This document shows, piece by piece, positions 47,403-60,184 of a DNA stretch of 64,000 bases. Under the pieces are notes generated by a model. It was given only the letters and a program-made list of their open reading frames with translations, had not been told where the DNA came from and searched no databases. The translations under genes and the position numbers were made by a program. Origin of the DNA: Leucoraja erinacea (taxonomy: Eukaryota); the NCBI RefSeq assembly GCF_028641065.1, contig NC_073382.1:63736001-63800000 (forward strand), written 5' to 3'. The stretch's first letter is position 1. Every line of letters starts with the position of its first letter.

Positions 47403-48845
47403 CTTCTTCTTGCGTATGGCGTGCACAGCCTAAAGTTGTAGATCAAGGGTAGACATCCAGGCCAGGACAGCATCAGTTACTGGGTGGGTGGTTTTGATGA
47501 CACCAGGGAAAAGCCTCAGTGAGCAATCATTCACGATGTGTGGGATGTTCTGGTCTGGATGTCCGCAGTCACAACAGGGCTGTCTGTCATCCCCCACATA
47601 TGCAGGTGATGGGCTGTTCTTGAATGGAGGGTGCGGATTCTGTTCAGGGTTACCCATTGCTTGCGATGGAGGTCAAAACCCGGTGGTTTCACTGTGGGGT
47701 ATGTGATGACCTCCCGTTGTTGGTGTTGGCATCTTTCCAGGCTCTGCGCCACTCAGTCTTGGAATCAAAGTCTTCCAGGTTTTTAACGGAAGACCAGAAG
47801 GGTTTGCGGGACTTCAGGTGCATGTTGGGCAGATTGTTCAAGTCACCATGGATGGGAAGGTCAGGGTTAGCCTCGATGGTGCACCAATCTTTCAACATCC
47901 TCTTTGTTCTGCGTGTGCTGGGAGGGGTGATATGAGAGAGAACAGGGAGCCACTGCAAAGGTGTTGACTTAAGCATCCATATGATGCGGTACGGAGGCTG
48001 TGTGCATTGGATCGCCAGCTGTTGCCTGCACGTTTCCTGATGATGTTGACCCTTGGTATCAGCCACCCTCTTCAGTTGTTCACGATAGGTGAGGGTGTGT
48101 GTGATCCAGGGTGACTCCCAGGTACTTGGGGAATTCTTCATTCTTCACCGGCTTACCACAAAAGGACACTCGGAGCTTTGCATTGACGAGCCGATTGCTG
48201 AGGTGAAAGACAGTGACAGTTGCCTTAGATGGGTAAGGGCGAAGTCGCCAGAAGGTGAAGTACTCCATCCCCTTCAAGGCTTGGGTTAGCACTCTGCTGA
48301 TAGCCTCAAGGGCAGCTCCCTGGTAGTCAAGGGCAAGGTTATCTGCACATGCAAACTTCCTGGACGAGGTAATTGGCATATCACTCACATAAATGTTGAA
48401 GTGTAGGAGAGTTAGGACGGAGCCCTGGGGGAGACCATCATTCAGGGTCCTGACAGAGCTGGTCTGGTTCCCAAGCGAGACCCTAAATCTGCGGTTGCTG
48501 AGGATGGATGAGAGGGCACGCATGGTGGTTTGCCACTTCAAGATTCTGGAAGCTTTCAGCAAAAGCCATGTCTCCACATGGTGTCATAAGCCGATGACAT
48601 ATCGATGAGAACAACACCAGTTTTCAGGGCATGTTGGAAGCCAGCCTCTATATTGGTAGTGAGAACAAGGACTTGATATGTGCAGTTTCTACCAGATCTA
48701 AAGCCAGCTTGCTCTCTGGGCAGAGCAGGTTCTGCCAATGGAGAAATCTTGTCAAGCAGGAGGTGCTCAAACAGCTTGTAGGATGTGTACAAGAGGGAGA
48801 TGGGTCGGTTCTACTGGTCCTGTCCCTTGTTTTCCATGCCAAACA
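47403..48845 (-). mobile_element. 5'-truncated Vingi/Ingi-like non-LTR retrotransposon
   Basis: YKLFEHLLLDKI, EQAGFRSGRNC, IDMSSAYDT, GLPQGSVL...FNIYVSDMP, KFACADNL, PKYLGVTLD, WVTLNRIRT and C-terminal CDCG-x7-H-x4-C. 3' end GCCATACGCAAGAAGAAG. Confidence 0.78.
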
Positions 48846-48899
48846 TCCTAAGCCTTCTAAGGAAGTAGAGGTGTGGGTGTGCTTTATTGGCCATAGCTT

Positions 48900-49262
48900 C
48901 AATATGGTTGATTCAGCAATAGCTGGTGATATTTATTCCGAAGAAGTTGAAGCTTTCAACAATCTGCTCTTCATCGTCATCAATGTATACCAGGTTGTAT
49001 GTACTACTTTGCTTCCAGATGTTGAGTACAATCCCCCTTGTCTTGCTGACATTGAGGGAGAGGTTACTGACTTGGCACAAGGTTACGAGGTTCTCAATTC
49101 CTTCCTTGTCATTATTTTACATCCGGCCCACTGTGATGGTGTCATCTGTGAACTTGTAAATAGAGTTGGGTTTGTTTTTGGCTGCACAGTCATGAGTTTA
49201 TAAGGATTGTAGTAGGGGGCTGAGAGCACATCAGTGCAGGGCACCAGTGTTTAGGATTATCA
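48900..49262 (-). mobile_element. Decayed Rex1/L2-type RT fragment
   Basis: Minus strand reads YKFTDD..VG, IENLV..CQ..NLSLNVSKT. Confidence 0.7.
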
Positions 49263-50965
49263 TAGAGTATGATCCTCGATTAATTCAAACACTTCTGAAT
49301 TTCTATAATCCTGAAATTGCCAAAGAATGGATGAGATTTAAGGCAGAATTTTAAAAAAGCCCCAAAATTATGTTAAATGTTTTGAATCTTTCAGGCAGGG
49401 TAGCAGAGTTTAAAATTAACGAGTAACATGAAAGAACTGATTGGGAAGTGGCTTGATTAAAAAGCATAACCTGAATATTCGAGCCTATGCATATCTATTT
49501 TACGGATTAAACAGCAGTCTGTAATTCACTAGACAAGTGTTGGACTTATCTTGATTGTAAACTTTGTTCAACGTCCTTGTAACGGATTTGCATTATTTAT
49601 GATGTCATTTTGAGGTTAATGTTTTATATGTTTAATAAATTATTAATACGTTTAAAGTCATTAGCCTACATGATAATCAAAGGTTTCATTTATCTCTTTG
49701 AATTTACTTAACAATAACAATGGTCTGAGTAATGTGTTGAAAAGGAACACAATTAGGTTCTGAAACAAAACTCTTTAAAGGTACAATAGGTTATTTAGTA
49801 ATGGATAGTGCAAGTCAAAGTGAATGCCCAATAAAGATAATAAATTGCATTAATCTTTGGAAAAGTCACATTTGTTTGCTACACTTTTCCAGCTTTATAG
49901 TTAGATAGAGGACCATTCACAATAACTAAAATGGACTAGATTTTATATGAAGGTTCCCTAAGAACACATGTGTTTAATTAAGTAAAGCTTGCCGAAACTT
50001 CAAATGTAAAGGTCTGCTTGATCACGGGCAAGTCAGAGTAAATTGAAACCCAGTTCCACTGTTTTGGCTACACTCTTACATGATAGTAGTGCATTTAGAT
50101 ACACTATGTTCCATCCCCCATATAGGGTTGATGTAATGACAACTCATTTACCTTCATAATAGTTTGGGAATTTGAGAGTCCTGTGCACCTTTGTCCTATT
50201 GTAGTCATTGACGTCCTCACAGCTGAACTCTGACTCCAGTTTGACTGTGTGACATTGAATTCAGCAATGTTTCTACCAGTGCAGCAAGAACTTACTGCAT
50301 ATTCCCACAGTCCTGTTGAGATATTTGGCTGCAGTCTCCATCAGGTTAGCAGGTTCAGTGGCTCTGTTCACATGAGAGGGGAGGGGAAGAGAATGTTCAG
50401 GGTAATTTATATTTGTTTTATTTTATGGAGTTGGTAAGTTGGTTTAGTTACATCTATTATTTGTAAGGTTTCAAATTAAAATTGACTTTTTAAAATGTGA
50501 GTAAGGTTTAATTTTTAATTGTTCTTGGAAATTTCTCAATGCCTGTTGACAGTATGACAATTTTGACTGCTGGTTCAGCTGAAGACTTTAGCTGATCCAC
50601 TTTCAAAACATTTCTGCAGGATTTTCAATTTGAAAGGCCTGTGCGGTGTGATGTCTTACCGATCAGAATGGAGCTGACTTCATTAAGGAAATTCACATCA
50701 GGGATTGTGCTTGAGTGAAATTAACAGGAAAGTAGAGAGCACGGATTGTTCACAGCCCTGGTCTATTATGATGAACATAGAACCACATGCCCTATTTATA
50801 GGGTAGGCAGAGGTATTTCTAAATGTCTGGGGAGAAGGCCACAAATAAAGGACCTTCATTTTGCAGAAGTTGCATGTTGGTCCATTTGTGCTGGCAAGTT
50901 CTGGATTTCTACATACAACTCACAAATAACCTGACAACTGTTCATCTTTTATTCGTCATCTTTTA

Positions 50966-51730
50966 TAGATTCATAGAGTCATACAGCACAGAAATGGGTC
51001 CTTTGTACCACCATGTCCATGCTGACCATTATGCCCATCTATACTAATCTCATTTAACATTATCAGAACTGTAACTTTGTTTCCTTACTCATTTAAGCAT
51101 TGATTTAAATGCCATCTACACGTAGTGATTCCAGCACCTCCTCTGGCAACACATTCCAGATACAAAAGATTATCCCTCAGATTCCTCTCACCTTAAACCC
51201 ATTCACCCTTGTTTTTGACATCCGTACCATCAGAAAAATATTCTGACTATACACGCTAGCTCTGCTTCATAATTGTATATGCTTCTGTCAGGTCATCCAT
51301 TAGTCACCTTCACTCCAGTGAAAACAAGTCAAGCCTATTGAATCTTTCCCCATAAAGTCCTCCAATTCAGGGAACATGGATCAAATTCCCCTTGCACCAA
51401 ACCACATGGACTATCCTTGATCAGCCCCTGCTCCTTGAAATTCACATGCCCTATTTGTTAGAATTTCCCTACCACTGACATGAGACTCCCTGTCCTGTAG
51501 TTCTTTAGCTTCTATGTGCTGCCCCTCTTAAACATAGGAACAACCTTTGCTATTCTTCAATCTTTTGGCACCTCACCTGTAGCTAATGAAGATGACAAAC
51601 TTAACATCAGAGTCCAACCTTCTCCTCTTTTGATTCTCATTGCATCCTGGGATAGATCTCATTTGCCATGTGGACAAATTCACACCAATGCTTTGCAAGA
51701 CATTTAACACCAGCTTCCCAATACTGATGT
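50966..51730 (-). mobile_element. Old CR1 fragments
   Basis: Tail ATAGATTCATAGAGTCATACAGCACAGAAATGGG. The antisense shadow LPLLNIGTTFAILQSFGTSPV is typical of CR1 ORF2. Confidence 0.7.
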
Positions 51731-51808
51731 GCACCAGGCTAGCAATGTACCTTTTCTTGAGCTCACTGTTTCCTTCTTAATCATTTGTTTTTCTCAATCC
51801 ATCTTCAG

Positions 51809-51929
51809 GTTGTCTTCTCCATATCGTTCTTTATCCTGTCAGTCTGCCATTCACAGTACAAACATGCAGGCAGCAAAGATCAAGGCACCGCCAGCTACTG
51901 CCTGCTCTGATCATTGCCGGGCAGGACAG
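51809..51929 (+). CDS. CCDC81: CCDC81 exon 8
   Basis: LSSPYRSLSCQSAIHSTNMQAAKIKAPPATACSDHCRAGQ, similar to human ...PACQDHNKAGQ as recalled. TTCAG acceptor, CAG|GTATGT donor. Confidence 0.92.
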
Positions 51930-52296
51930 GTATGTAACACCTTAAGTGCTGAGGAATCCCATTGGGAATTGTATTACTTTTCATAAGTCATTTCTTTATT
52001 GATCTTGTGAGACCACATTGAAATGAAAATGACTGAACCAACATTTGATCTAGAGGGATGCAATTTATTTTACAACAAAATCCTTGAAGGGTTTGGAGCA
52101 ATTTATTGTCTTATAAGTGTCTATGTCATTTGTTTAAGTGGGGCCGTGGCATGGTGAAAGAAGAGAAATGTAACTGCCTCCATATATAAAAGCAATTCTA
52201 ATGGCTATCAGCAGGCAGACAAGAAAACGGCCACTTGAAATGACGAGAGTAATTGCAAATGCACTTGGGGAATATGTTAATTGAATAGTTTCCAGG

Positions 52297-52428
52297 GACT
52301 GAAGAGGCGTCCCGATCCGAAACATCACCCATCCTTTTTCTCCAGAAATGCTGCCTAACTCGCTGAGTTAGTCCAACACTTTGTGTCTATCTTCGGCATA
52401 AACGAGCATCCGCAGTTCCTTTCTACAC
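52297..52428 (+). mobile_element. Solo PLE terminal repeat
   Basis: GACTGAAGAGGCGTCCCGATCCGAAACATC...ATGCTGCCTAACTCGCTGAGTTAGTCC. Confidence 0.75.
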
Positions 52429-52503
52429 ACTCATTGAATAGGTTGCCTGTCCTATTAGTTTAGCACAGATTTACAATGAACTGAAATCATTTTATTCATT
52501 CCA

Positions 52504-53577
52504 AGGTAGACAAAAAATGTTGGAGAAACTCAGCGAGTGAGGCAGCATTTATGGAGAGAAGGAATAGGTGACTTTTCGGGTCAAGACCCTTCTTCAGACT
52601 GAGGAGGAGATGTGACCAATGGTAGGATCCCGTTGGAGGTGGCGAAAATGTCAGAGGATTATATGTTGTATGCGATGGCTGATGGTGTGGAAGGTGAGGA
52701 CAAGAGGGACTCTGTCCTTGCTACTCGTAATTGTGCTCACCTTCCACCCCATCACCTTCGGATGCAACATATAATCCTCCGACATTTTTGCCACCTCCAA
52801 CGGGATCCTACCACTGTCCACATCTTCCCATCTCCTCCCATTTCTGCTTTCCGCAAAGACCATTCCCTCCGTAACTCCCTGGTCAATTCGTCCCTTCCTA
52901 CCTAAACTACCCCCTCCCCAGGTACTTTCAAACTGCAACCGCAGGAAAGCTACACTTGCATTACCTCCTCCCTCGACTCCATCTGAGGATCCAATCAGTC
53001 TTTCCAGGTGAGGCAGAGTTTCACCTGCACCTCATCCAACCTCATCTACTGCATCTGCTGTTCCAGGTGCCAACTTCTCTATATCGGCGAGACCAAATGC
53101 AGGCTTGGCGATCGCTTTGTCAACACCTCCACTCAGTCCGTATTAACCAACCTGATCTCCTGGTTGCTCAGCACTTCTACACCCCTCCCATTCCCAATCT
53201 GACCTTTCTGGCCTGGGCCTCCTCCATTGCCAGAGTGAGGTCCAGCACAAATTTGAGAAACAGCACCTCATATTTTGCTGAGGTAGTTTACACCGCAACG
53301 GTAAGAACATTGACCACTAATTTTAGATAGCCCTTGCTTGCTCCCTCCTTCCCCTCCCACAAAAAGCCTACTGTCTCCGCCTCTTCCTTTCATTTTTCCC
53401 ACCCCCCCCCTCCCCTCCCACCGACATCTGAAAAAGGGTCTCGACCCGAAACGTTGCCTATTCCTTCCCTCCTTTGAGTTTGCCTATTCCTTCTCTCCAT
53501 TGCCTCACCCGCTGAGTTTCTCCAGCATTTTATGTCTACCTTTGATTTTTCCATTATCTGCAGTTCTTTCTCAAACA
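52504..53577 (+). mobile_element. 5'-truncated PLE with inverted 5' pLTR and internal inversion
   Basis: Inverted pLTR at 52504-52602, inverted ORF segment at 52603-52720, + strand body FTCTSSNLIYCICCSRCQLLYIGETK, and 3' pLTR at 53425-53577. Confidence 0.9.
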
Positions 53578-54269
53578 CTTATTCATTCTAATGTTTTTTA
53601 ATTGTTTAGACTTTGTGCATCTCCACTGTGATAACCGTCATCTCTTTAGTACCAGTTTTAACCGGAGTAGAAATCAGGAAGGCAGCAAAGTTTTAAAATG
53701 TTTACACAATTTTAATTCTGCACCTTATTTTCATGTGATTCTCATTCTCCCCTCTCTCTACGATCAAAGGCAATCCACAGACATGCCTTGATTTTTCCAA
53801 TGTGACTTAAAAAGTGCTTAATTAAGTTGGGTTACATTTCATGAGGCTACGCAAGTTATTTCCACTGCTTGCTCTTTGATTTACCAACACTGATATTTTT
53901 TTTGGCTTTGCAAACTAGTTTGAAAAGTGAACTAGGTGGACAAAGTGAAGTAAAGAAATGAGCAATATTTTCCCCGAAACCATTAAAACACCCGTAAGGG
54001 TACCATGATTTTTTTTCCAGACATAGATGTACTAATTGCATCAGACTAAAAAAAGGTAGCAAGTATTTGTTGCAATACACAACCTGTTCTGTGACATTTA
54101 CTCAATGATATGCCCCTATGCAAAGTGTGGCTAAATGCAAAATCTTTTGTAGTTTTGCATGCTTTCAAATGATAGATGAAATAGAAAGAAACATATTGTG
54201 TTTCCACCATGCGTTTACAGACAGTGAAGCAAAGCACAAATGATTAACCTTCATGATTAACCTATGAAA

Positions 54270-55215
54270 AAGAAGTCTCTCTGGGATGACATTCCGCTCT
54301 TGCCGCTTCTTCTGCCTCACCCCAGTTGCAACAGGGATACAGTCCTCACCTTTCACCCCATCAGCCATCACATACAACACATCAAAGTCCGACATTTTTG
54401 TTACCTCCAACGGGAACCCACTACTAGTCACATCTTCCCATCTCCATCCCTATCCGCAGAGACCGTTCCCTATGCAACTCCCTGCTTCACTCAACCTTTC
54501 CCACCCAAACCACCTCCTCAGGAACCTTCCGCCACAACCACAGGAGATGCAACAGCTATCACCTATCCTTCAACTTCATCCAGGGACCATGACAGTCCTA
54601 TCAAGTGAGGTAGATGTTTACTTGCATCTCCTCCAGCCTCATCTACTATTTCTGGTGATCCTGGTGTGGGCTCCTACGTATACCAAGCAGGGACTTGGCA
54701 ATTGTTTTGCTGAACACAACTTTCAGTCTGCCTTGGCCTATGTGATCTCCCGGCTGTCAAACATTTTAACTCCCCTTCCCATTCCCAGATGGCCTGGGCC
54801 TCCTCCACTGTCAGTGAGGCCACTTGCAATTGGAGGAACAGTGTGGGCAGCTTACAACCAACCCAGAGGTATGAAAATTGATTTCCCTAAATTCAAATAA
54901 TTCCTGCATTCCTTCCCCCTCCCCCCCCTCTCCCCCACCCAAATTGCCCCACTAGTTTTACTGTTTGCATCCTTGTATCCCTATTGTTCGCACATCTTCC
55001 TCAGCCAACAATAGGCCATTGTGGACTCCACCCTTCCTGCGGTCCTCTGTTCCTGGTCCTGTTTTGTTCTGACCTTCTCTATCTGTCAGTCTGAAGAAGG
55101 GTACTGACCCGAATTATCACCTATTCTTTTTCTCCATAGATGCTGCCTGACCCGCTGGGTTACTCCAGCATTTTCTATCTATCTTTGGTATAAACCAGCA
55201 TCTGCAGTTCCTTCC
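54270..55215 (+). mobile_element. Older PLE 3' fragment with pLTR
   Basis: VLTFHPISHHIQHI..RHFCYLQREPTTSHIFPSP, GMKIDFPKFK*, and CTGAAGAAGGG at 55091. Confidence 0.82.
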
Positions 55216-55997
55216 GAAACTAAAAGTCCATGTGTACAAATCCTCAATACAATACCAATAAAAAGCCAGTAGGATCTTGGAATGACATAATTCACACAGA
55301 CAGCAATGGAAATGAAGACAATTGATCACTGTTGTTTAAAATTATTTCATGCAGAGTAAAGTAGGAATTGAGGTATGCATGAACTTCAAATAAAAGCTAA
55401 AATATCAGCAAACTTGTTTTAAACAGTAAGATGTATTTAAAAAATATATTTTAAGAAATGTTGCTTTGAAATAATTATCTGAGGGAATGATATTCCAGAA
55501 ATACAGAATTAGTCATTTTATAGTCGGGGAGGCTGTTAGGTATTAATCGTGGATTTAAGAGGTCATTTCAAATAGATAATTTTCAAGGTTTTCTTTTACA
55601 TACTTAATATCCAGAATTCTCAGCAGTTATTCATATCAGCAGATTATGCTGGAGAATTCTGAAAAACTGGGCTCCTGTGAAGGAGTGGGTATCATTGACA
55701 GTGTCCTCTGGATTTCTACATTGAACTATGCACATGCATATTCCAGAAGTTGCTGTCATATCTCTTCTGGTATTATAGTGAGAGCAGAGGGCATCACTGT
55801 CAATTTTCACCACCAATCGAGATTAACCTTTAGGAAGTATAAGTAATTGCAAGGATGAGAATATTAAAATAAATATAGAAACCCTTTGTCATGAAGTAAT
55901 TTTTCCAAGGAATTACTATCTAGTCATTAGAATCTTTTGAAACGTGTCTTAAACAGGAGGGTGATCCAACTTTATATTCTGTTGTGTGATATCACAG

Positions 55998-56144
55998 GAG
56001 CTATGTTATCTTTGCATGCAACGAGGTCTGAAAAATTTCCCAATTGATCTTTCGGAAAATAGAAGAAGAAAAGGCCTGGAGGAGGAACAATTACTGCATC
56101 AATATCAACAAATGAAGGACCAGGAGGCCCTTTTTCAGGAGCAG
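55998..56144 (+). CDS. CCDC81: CCDC81 exon 9
   Basis: ELCYLCMQRGLKNFPIDLSENRRRKGLEEEQLLHQYQQMKDQEALFQEQ, similar to human EMCYVCLQR...QQYQMLKDQEALF as recalled. Canonical splice sites. Confidence 0.95.
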
Positions 56145-56789
56145 GTATGTTAACAAAGTGTTTTACAACACTGCATTATTTTACAATACTTTGTTAAAGT
56201 GTTAAACAAAGAATTTTATTGCACAGGCAAAAAATACAATGGAAAATGGAAATTGAATAGTGGATAATTATGATAACATTTTAAAAGAATTTGGCATTTA
56301 GTTTTCAAGTTCTTTTGAACATATTCTTCATAACACATACAGCTTGTAAATGCATAGCATCTTTAATGTAGCAGGTTATCCCAAGTGCTTTGCAGGGCCA
56401 TTATCAAACAAACAACTTCAATTATTTCCACCATCAAGCTAAAATGAACAACTTCAATTATTTCCCTATTATGCTCCCATTTCCATGAATTGTGGCCATT
56501 CATTTAATATATTTATATTCTTCTGTTGACTCTTTCCATCATATTCACAACTTACTTACCTAATAATGTTTTTATCATCTACAAATTTAACAACCATAAC
56601 ATGTGCCTGTCTGCATTATTTTACATAAATGGTAAATAACTGAGTCCTCAACATTAATTCCATGACATACCACTCATTAAATTTTTCCTTAATTAAGTCC
56701 TCTGGCTTCATTGCTTGTTAGAGTTGTCAAGGACATTGAATATTTCTGAAATAACACAAGCACAATTAATTGTTTCTCTTTATTTTGTT

Positions 56790-58185
56790 TAGAAACATAG
56801 AAACATAGAAATTAGGTGCAGGAGTAGGCCATTCGGCCCTTCGAGCCTGCACCGCCATTTAATATGATCATGGCTGATCATCCAACTCAGTATCCCGTAC
56901 CTGCCTTCTCTCCATACCCTTTGATCCCCTTGGCCACAAGGGCCACATCTAACTCCCTCTTAAATATAGCCAATGAACTGGCCTCAACTACCCTCTGTGG
57001 CAGAGAGTTCCAGAGATTCACCACTCTCTGTGTGAAAAAAGTTCTCCTCATCTCGGTTTTAAAGGATTTCCCCCTTATCCTTAAGCTGTGACCCCTTGTC
57101 CTGGACTTCCCCAACATCGGGAACAATCTTCCTGCATCTAGCCTGTCCAACCCCTTAAGAATTTTGTAAGTTTCTATAAGATCCCCTCTCAATCTCCTAA
57201 ATTCTAGAGAGTATAAACCAAGTCTATCCAGTCTTTCTTCATAAGACAGTCCTGACATCCCAGGAATCAGTCTGGTGAACCTTCTCTGCACTCCCTCTAT
57301 GGCAATAATGTCCTTCCTCAGATTTGGAGACCAAAACTGCACGCAATACTCCAGGTGTGGTCTCACCAAGACCCTATACAACTGCAGTAGAACCTCCCTG
57401 CTCCTATACTCAAATCCTCTTGCTATGAAAGCCAACATGCCATTCGCTTTCTTTACTGCCTGCTGCACCTGCATGCCTACCTTCAATGACTGGTGTACCA
57501 TGACACCCAGGTCTCGCTGCATCTCCCCCTTTCCCAATCAGCCACCGTTTAGATAATAATCTGCTTTCCCGTTTTTGCCACCAAAATGGATAACCTCACA
57601 TTTATCCACATTAAACTGCATCTGCCAAACATTTGCCCACTCACCCAGCCTATCCAAGTCACCTTGCAGTCTCCTAGCATCCTCCTCACACCTAACACTG
57701 CCCCCCAGCTTAGTGTCATCCGCAAACTTGGAGATATTGCCTTCAATTCCCTCATCCAGATCATTAATATATATTGTAAATAGCTGGGGTCCCAGTACTG
57801 CGCCTTGCGGTACCCCACTAGTCACTGCCTGCCATTGTGAAAAAGACCCGTTTACTCCAACTCTTTGCTTCCTGTTTGCCAGCCAGTTCTCTATCCACAT
57901 CAATACTGAACCCCCAATGCCATGTGCTTTAAGTTTGTATACTAATCTCTTATGTGGGACCTTGTCGAAAGCCTTCTGGAAGTCCAGATACACCACATCC
58001 ACTGGTTCTCCCCTATCCACGTTACTAGTTACATCCTCGAAAAATTCTATAAGATTCGTCAGACATGATTTACCTTTCGTAAATCCATGCTGACTTTGTC
58101 CAATGATTTCACCACTTTCCAAATGTGCTGCTATCCCATCTTTAATAACTGACTCTAGCAGTTTCCCCACTACCGATGTTAGGCT
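56790..58185 (-). mobile_element. 5'-truncated young CR1 LINE
   Basis: ORFs 57538-58170 and 56887-57537 are one frame broken by a single TGA (CGA in sister copies). [35 protein letters not shown]. Tail TAGAAACATAGAAACATAGAAA. Confidence 0.97.
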
Positions 58186-58272
58186 TGAATAGTACTTGAA
58201 TAGTAACGTGTTCTACAATTATTCTCATGGTATTTTGTTTTAACAACCTTTTTATTGTGTATCTTTCATCAG

Positions 58273-58380
58273 TGTGAAATGTTGGCTGGCAGAGAATATA
58301 ACCAAAAGATTTCAGCATTCAACGTAGGAGTCGCTGAGGCCAAAAAGAGACGGAAGAATTCAAAATGCAAAGATACCTCT
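58273..58380 (+). CDS. CCDC81: CCDC81 exon 10
   Basis: CEMLAGREYNQKISAFNVGVAEAKKRRKNSKCKDTS, similar to human REQNQKNAAYNLGVAEA as recalled. CAG acceptor, GTAAGA donor. Confidence 0.93.
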
Positions 58381-59551
58381 GTAAGACATGAGCAGCGTAT
58401 CAGAAATGTTCTTGAATTGTTTTATTTGCAAACTTGATTTTTCACTTTTAAAACTATCATTTAGTGATCAAAATACACATTATTTATTGGCAGAAACTAT
58501 AAAATCTATGTTGGGTATTTAAGATTATGCTAATTTGTTATGGTCCAGTAGTCTTGTAGTAAGTGGATAGGGTAGAAATGTTGCCTTCAATTTTAACTGC
58601 AGCAGGCCACAGCCTAGACTATGCATTGAAGAGCAGGAGTGCTTCTCCTTTCACAATGACATAACCCCCCTATCAGCCCCTACTCCACATCCCTACCTTC
58701 CCTGACTTACCCAATGTCTCCTGGAGATGAGGCCAATAACCTCAGTTCATTGCAACTACTTGGGGAAACTGACAACAGTGTCTGAAGTTTCAGGAGATGA
58801 AGGTAGATCATTCTGATTGTTAAAGACTCCAGGACTCATTTAGACCAGTCCATGTGATTGGATCTTTAGGTTTAGAGGTATGCCATACAAAAAATAGCCC
58901 ATGATGAATTTCACCACCAGAAGTGCTCTTGGTCAGTTTTATAATAAACTGATTCGTAAGTGCCATGAAATGGATTTGTTTAGTGGCAGTTAAAAATGTT
59001 AGAAGCTCTTCCATTTGATGTGAAATTATGCTTCTGTCTTCATCAATGCTTTTTTCTTTGAGCTCTGGATGCCAATTGGATGAAAAAATGTTGGTTGTAG
59101 GTTTCAAATTCACTTAAATAACAATGACCCTCAGACAGAGGATTGTAATGAAGAAGCGGAGGAGCAGGGAATGTAGACTGACAACAACTAGATTTTTACT
59201 ATGAAGCATGTAAAAGGATGTGATTGCATTGGAGGGATTTTGTCTCTGCCCTATCTATGCCTCTCATAATTTTATTTACTTTCTATTAGGTTACTCCACA
59301 GCCTCTTTTCTTCTTGAAAAATGTCAAACCTATACAGTCTCTCCCCATAACTAATTTCCTACATTCAGACAACATCCTGCACTCTTTTCAGTGCAATCGC
59401 ATCCTTCTACATGATCCATAGTGCAAATCTAAATGTTGCCCGCCCGCCTACGCTGCTTGCTCTCCCACTCATCCAGTGCGTGGTGGAATCAGATGCATTA
59501 ACAACTTTTAATTGGTATTTAGACAGAGACTACAGGCAAGAGTAAACACAA

Positions 59552-59760
59552 AGAACTACAGATGCTGGAATCTTGCATAAAACATAAAGTGATGGAGTAA
59601 CTCAGCGAGTCAAACAGCATCTCAGAAGGACATTGATAGGCCACTTTTTGGGTCAGGACCCTTCTTTGGATTCTTCTTTGTCTGATGATATGTCCCTACC
59701 CGAAACATTGCCTATCTTTGTCCTCCAGAGATCATGTCTGGCCCACTGAGTTCCTCCAAA
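59552..59760. mobile_element. Old fold-back PLE terminal repeats
   Basis: A minus-strand pLTR is followed by CTGATGA...CCCGAAACATT...CACTGAGTTCCTCC. Confidence 0.65.
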
Positions 59761-60009
59761 GTTAATTAATGAATGCATATTGAGTAAGAGAACGCGAGAC
59801 ATTGCCTCCACCTGTATTCGGCATACTTAAGGTATTCTCAGACTTGTGACATACCCTTGTGAAATTCACAAATAAATCTACGTGTGTTGGTCTTACATTG
59901 TTCTGCTTTAAGTCAACGTTGCTTGATAAACTGAACTTGAACTATTTATAATTTAGTCAATGTAGCCACGATCTTCCAACCTATCACATTCCAGCCCTTG
60001 CAATTTTTT

Positions 60010-60145
60010 TTATATGCACTTTCTATGTAGCTCTAACACTGTTCTGTTTCCTTTCTCTCTTGCGCTACCTGTTGTACTTGTGTATGGGTCAATTGCATTG
60101 TATGATTTCACATACATGTGACAATTATAAACCAATACCAATACT
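60010..60145 (+). mobile_element. L2/Rex-type LINE 3' tail fragment
   Basis: ...TTTCACATACATGTGACAATTATAAACCAATACCAATAC. Confidence 0.55.
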
Positions 60146-60184
60146 AATCCCATTTTTTGATGTTGAGAGTAGGATCTTTGTACA

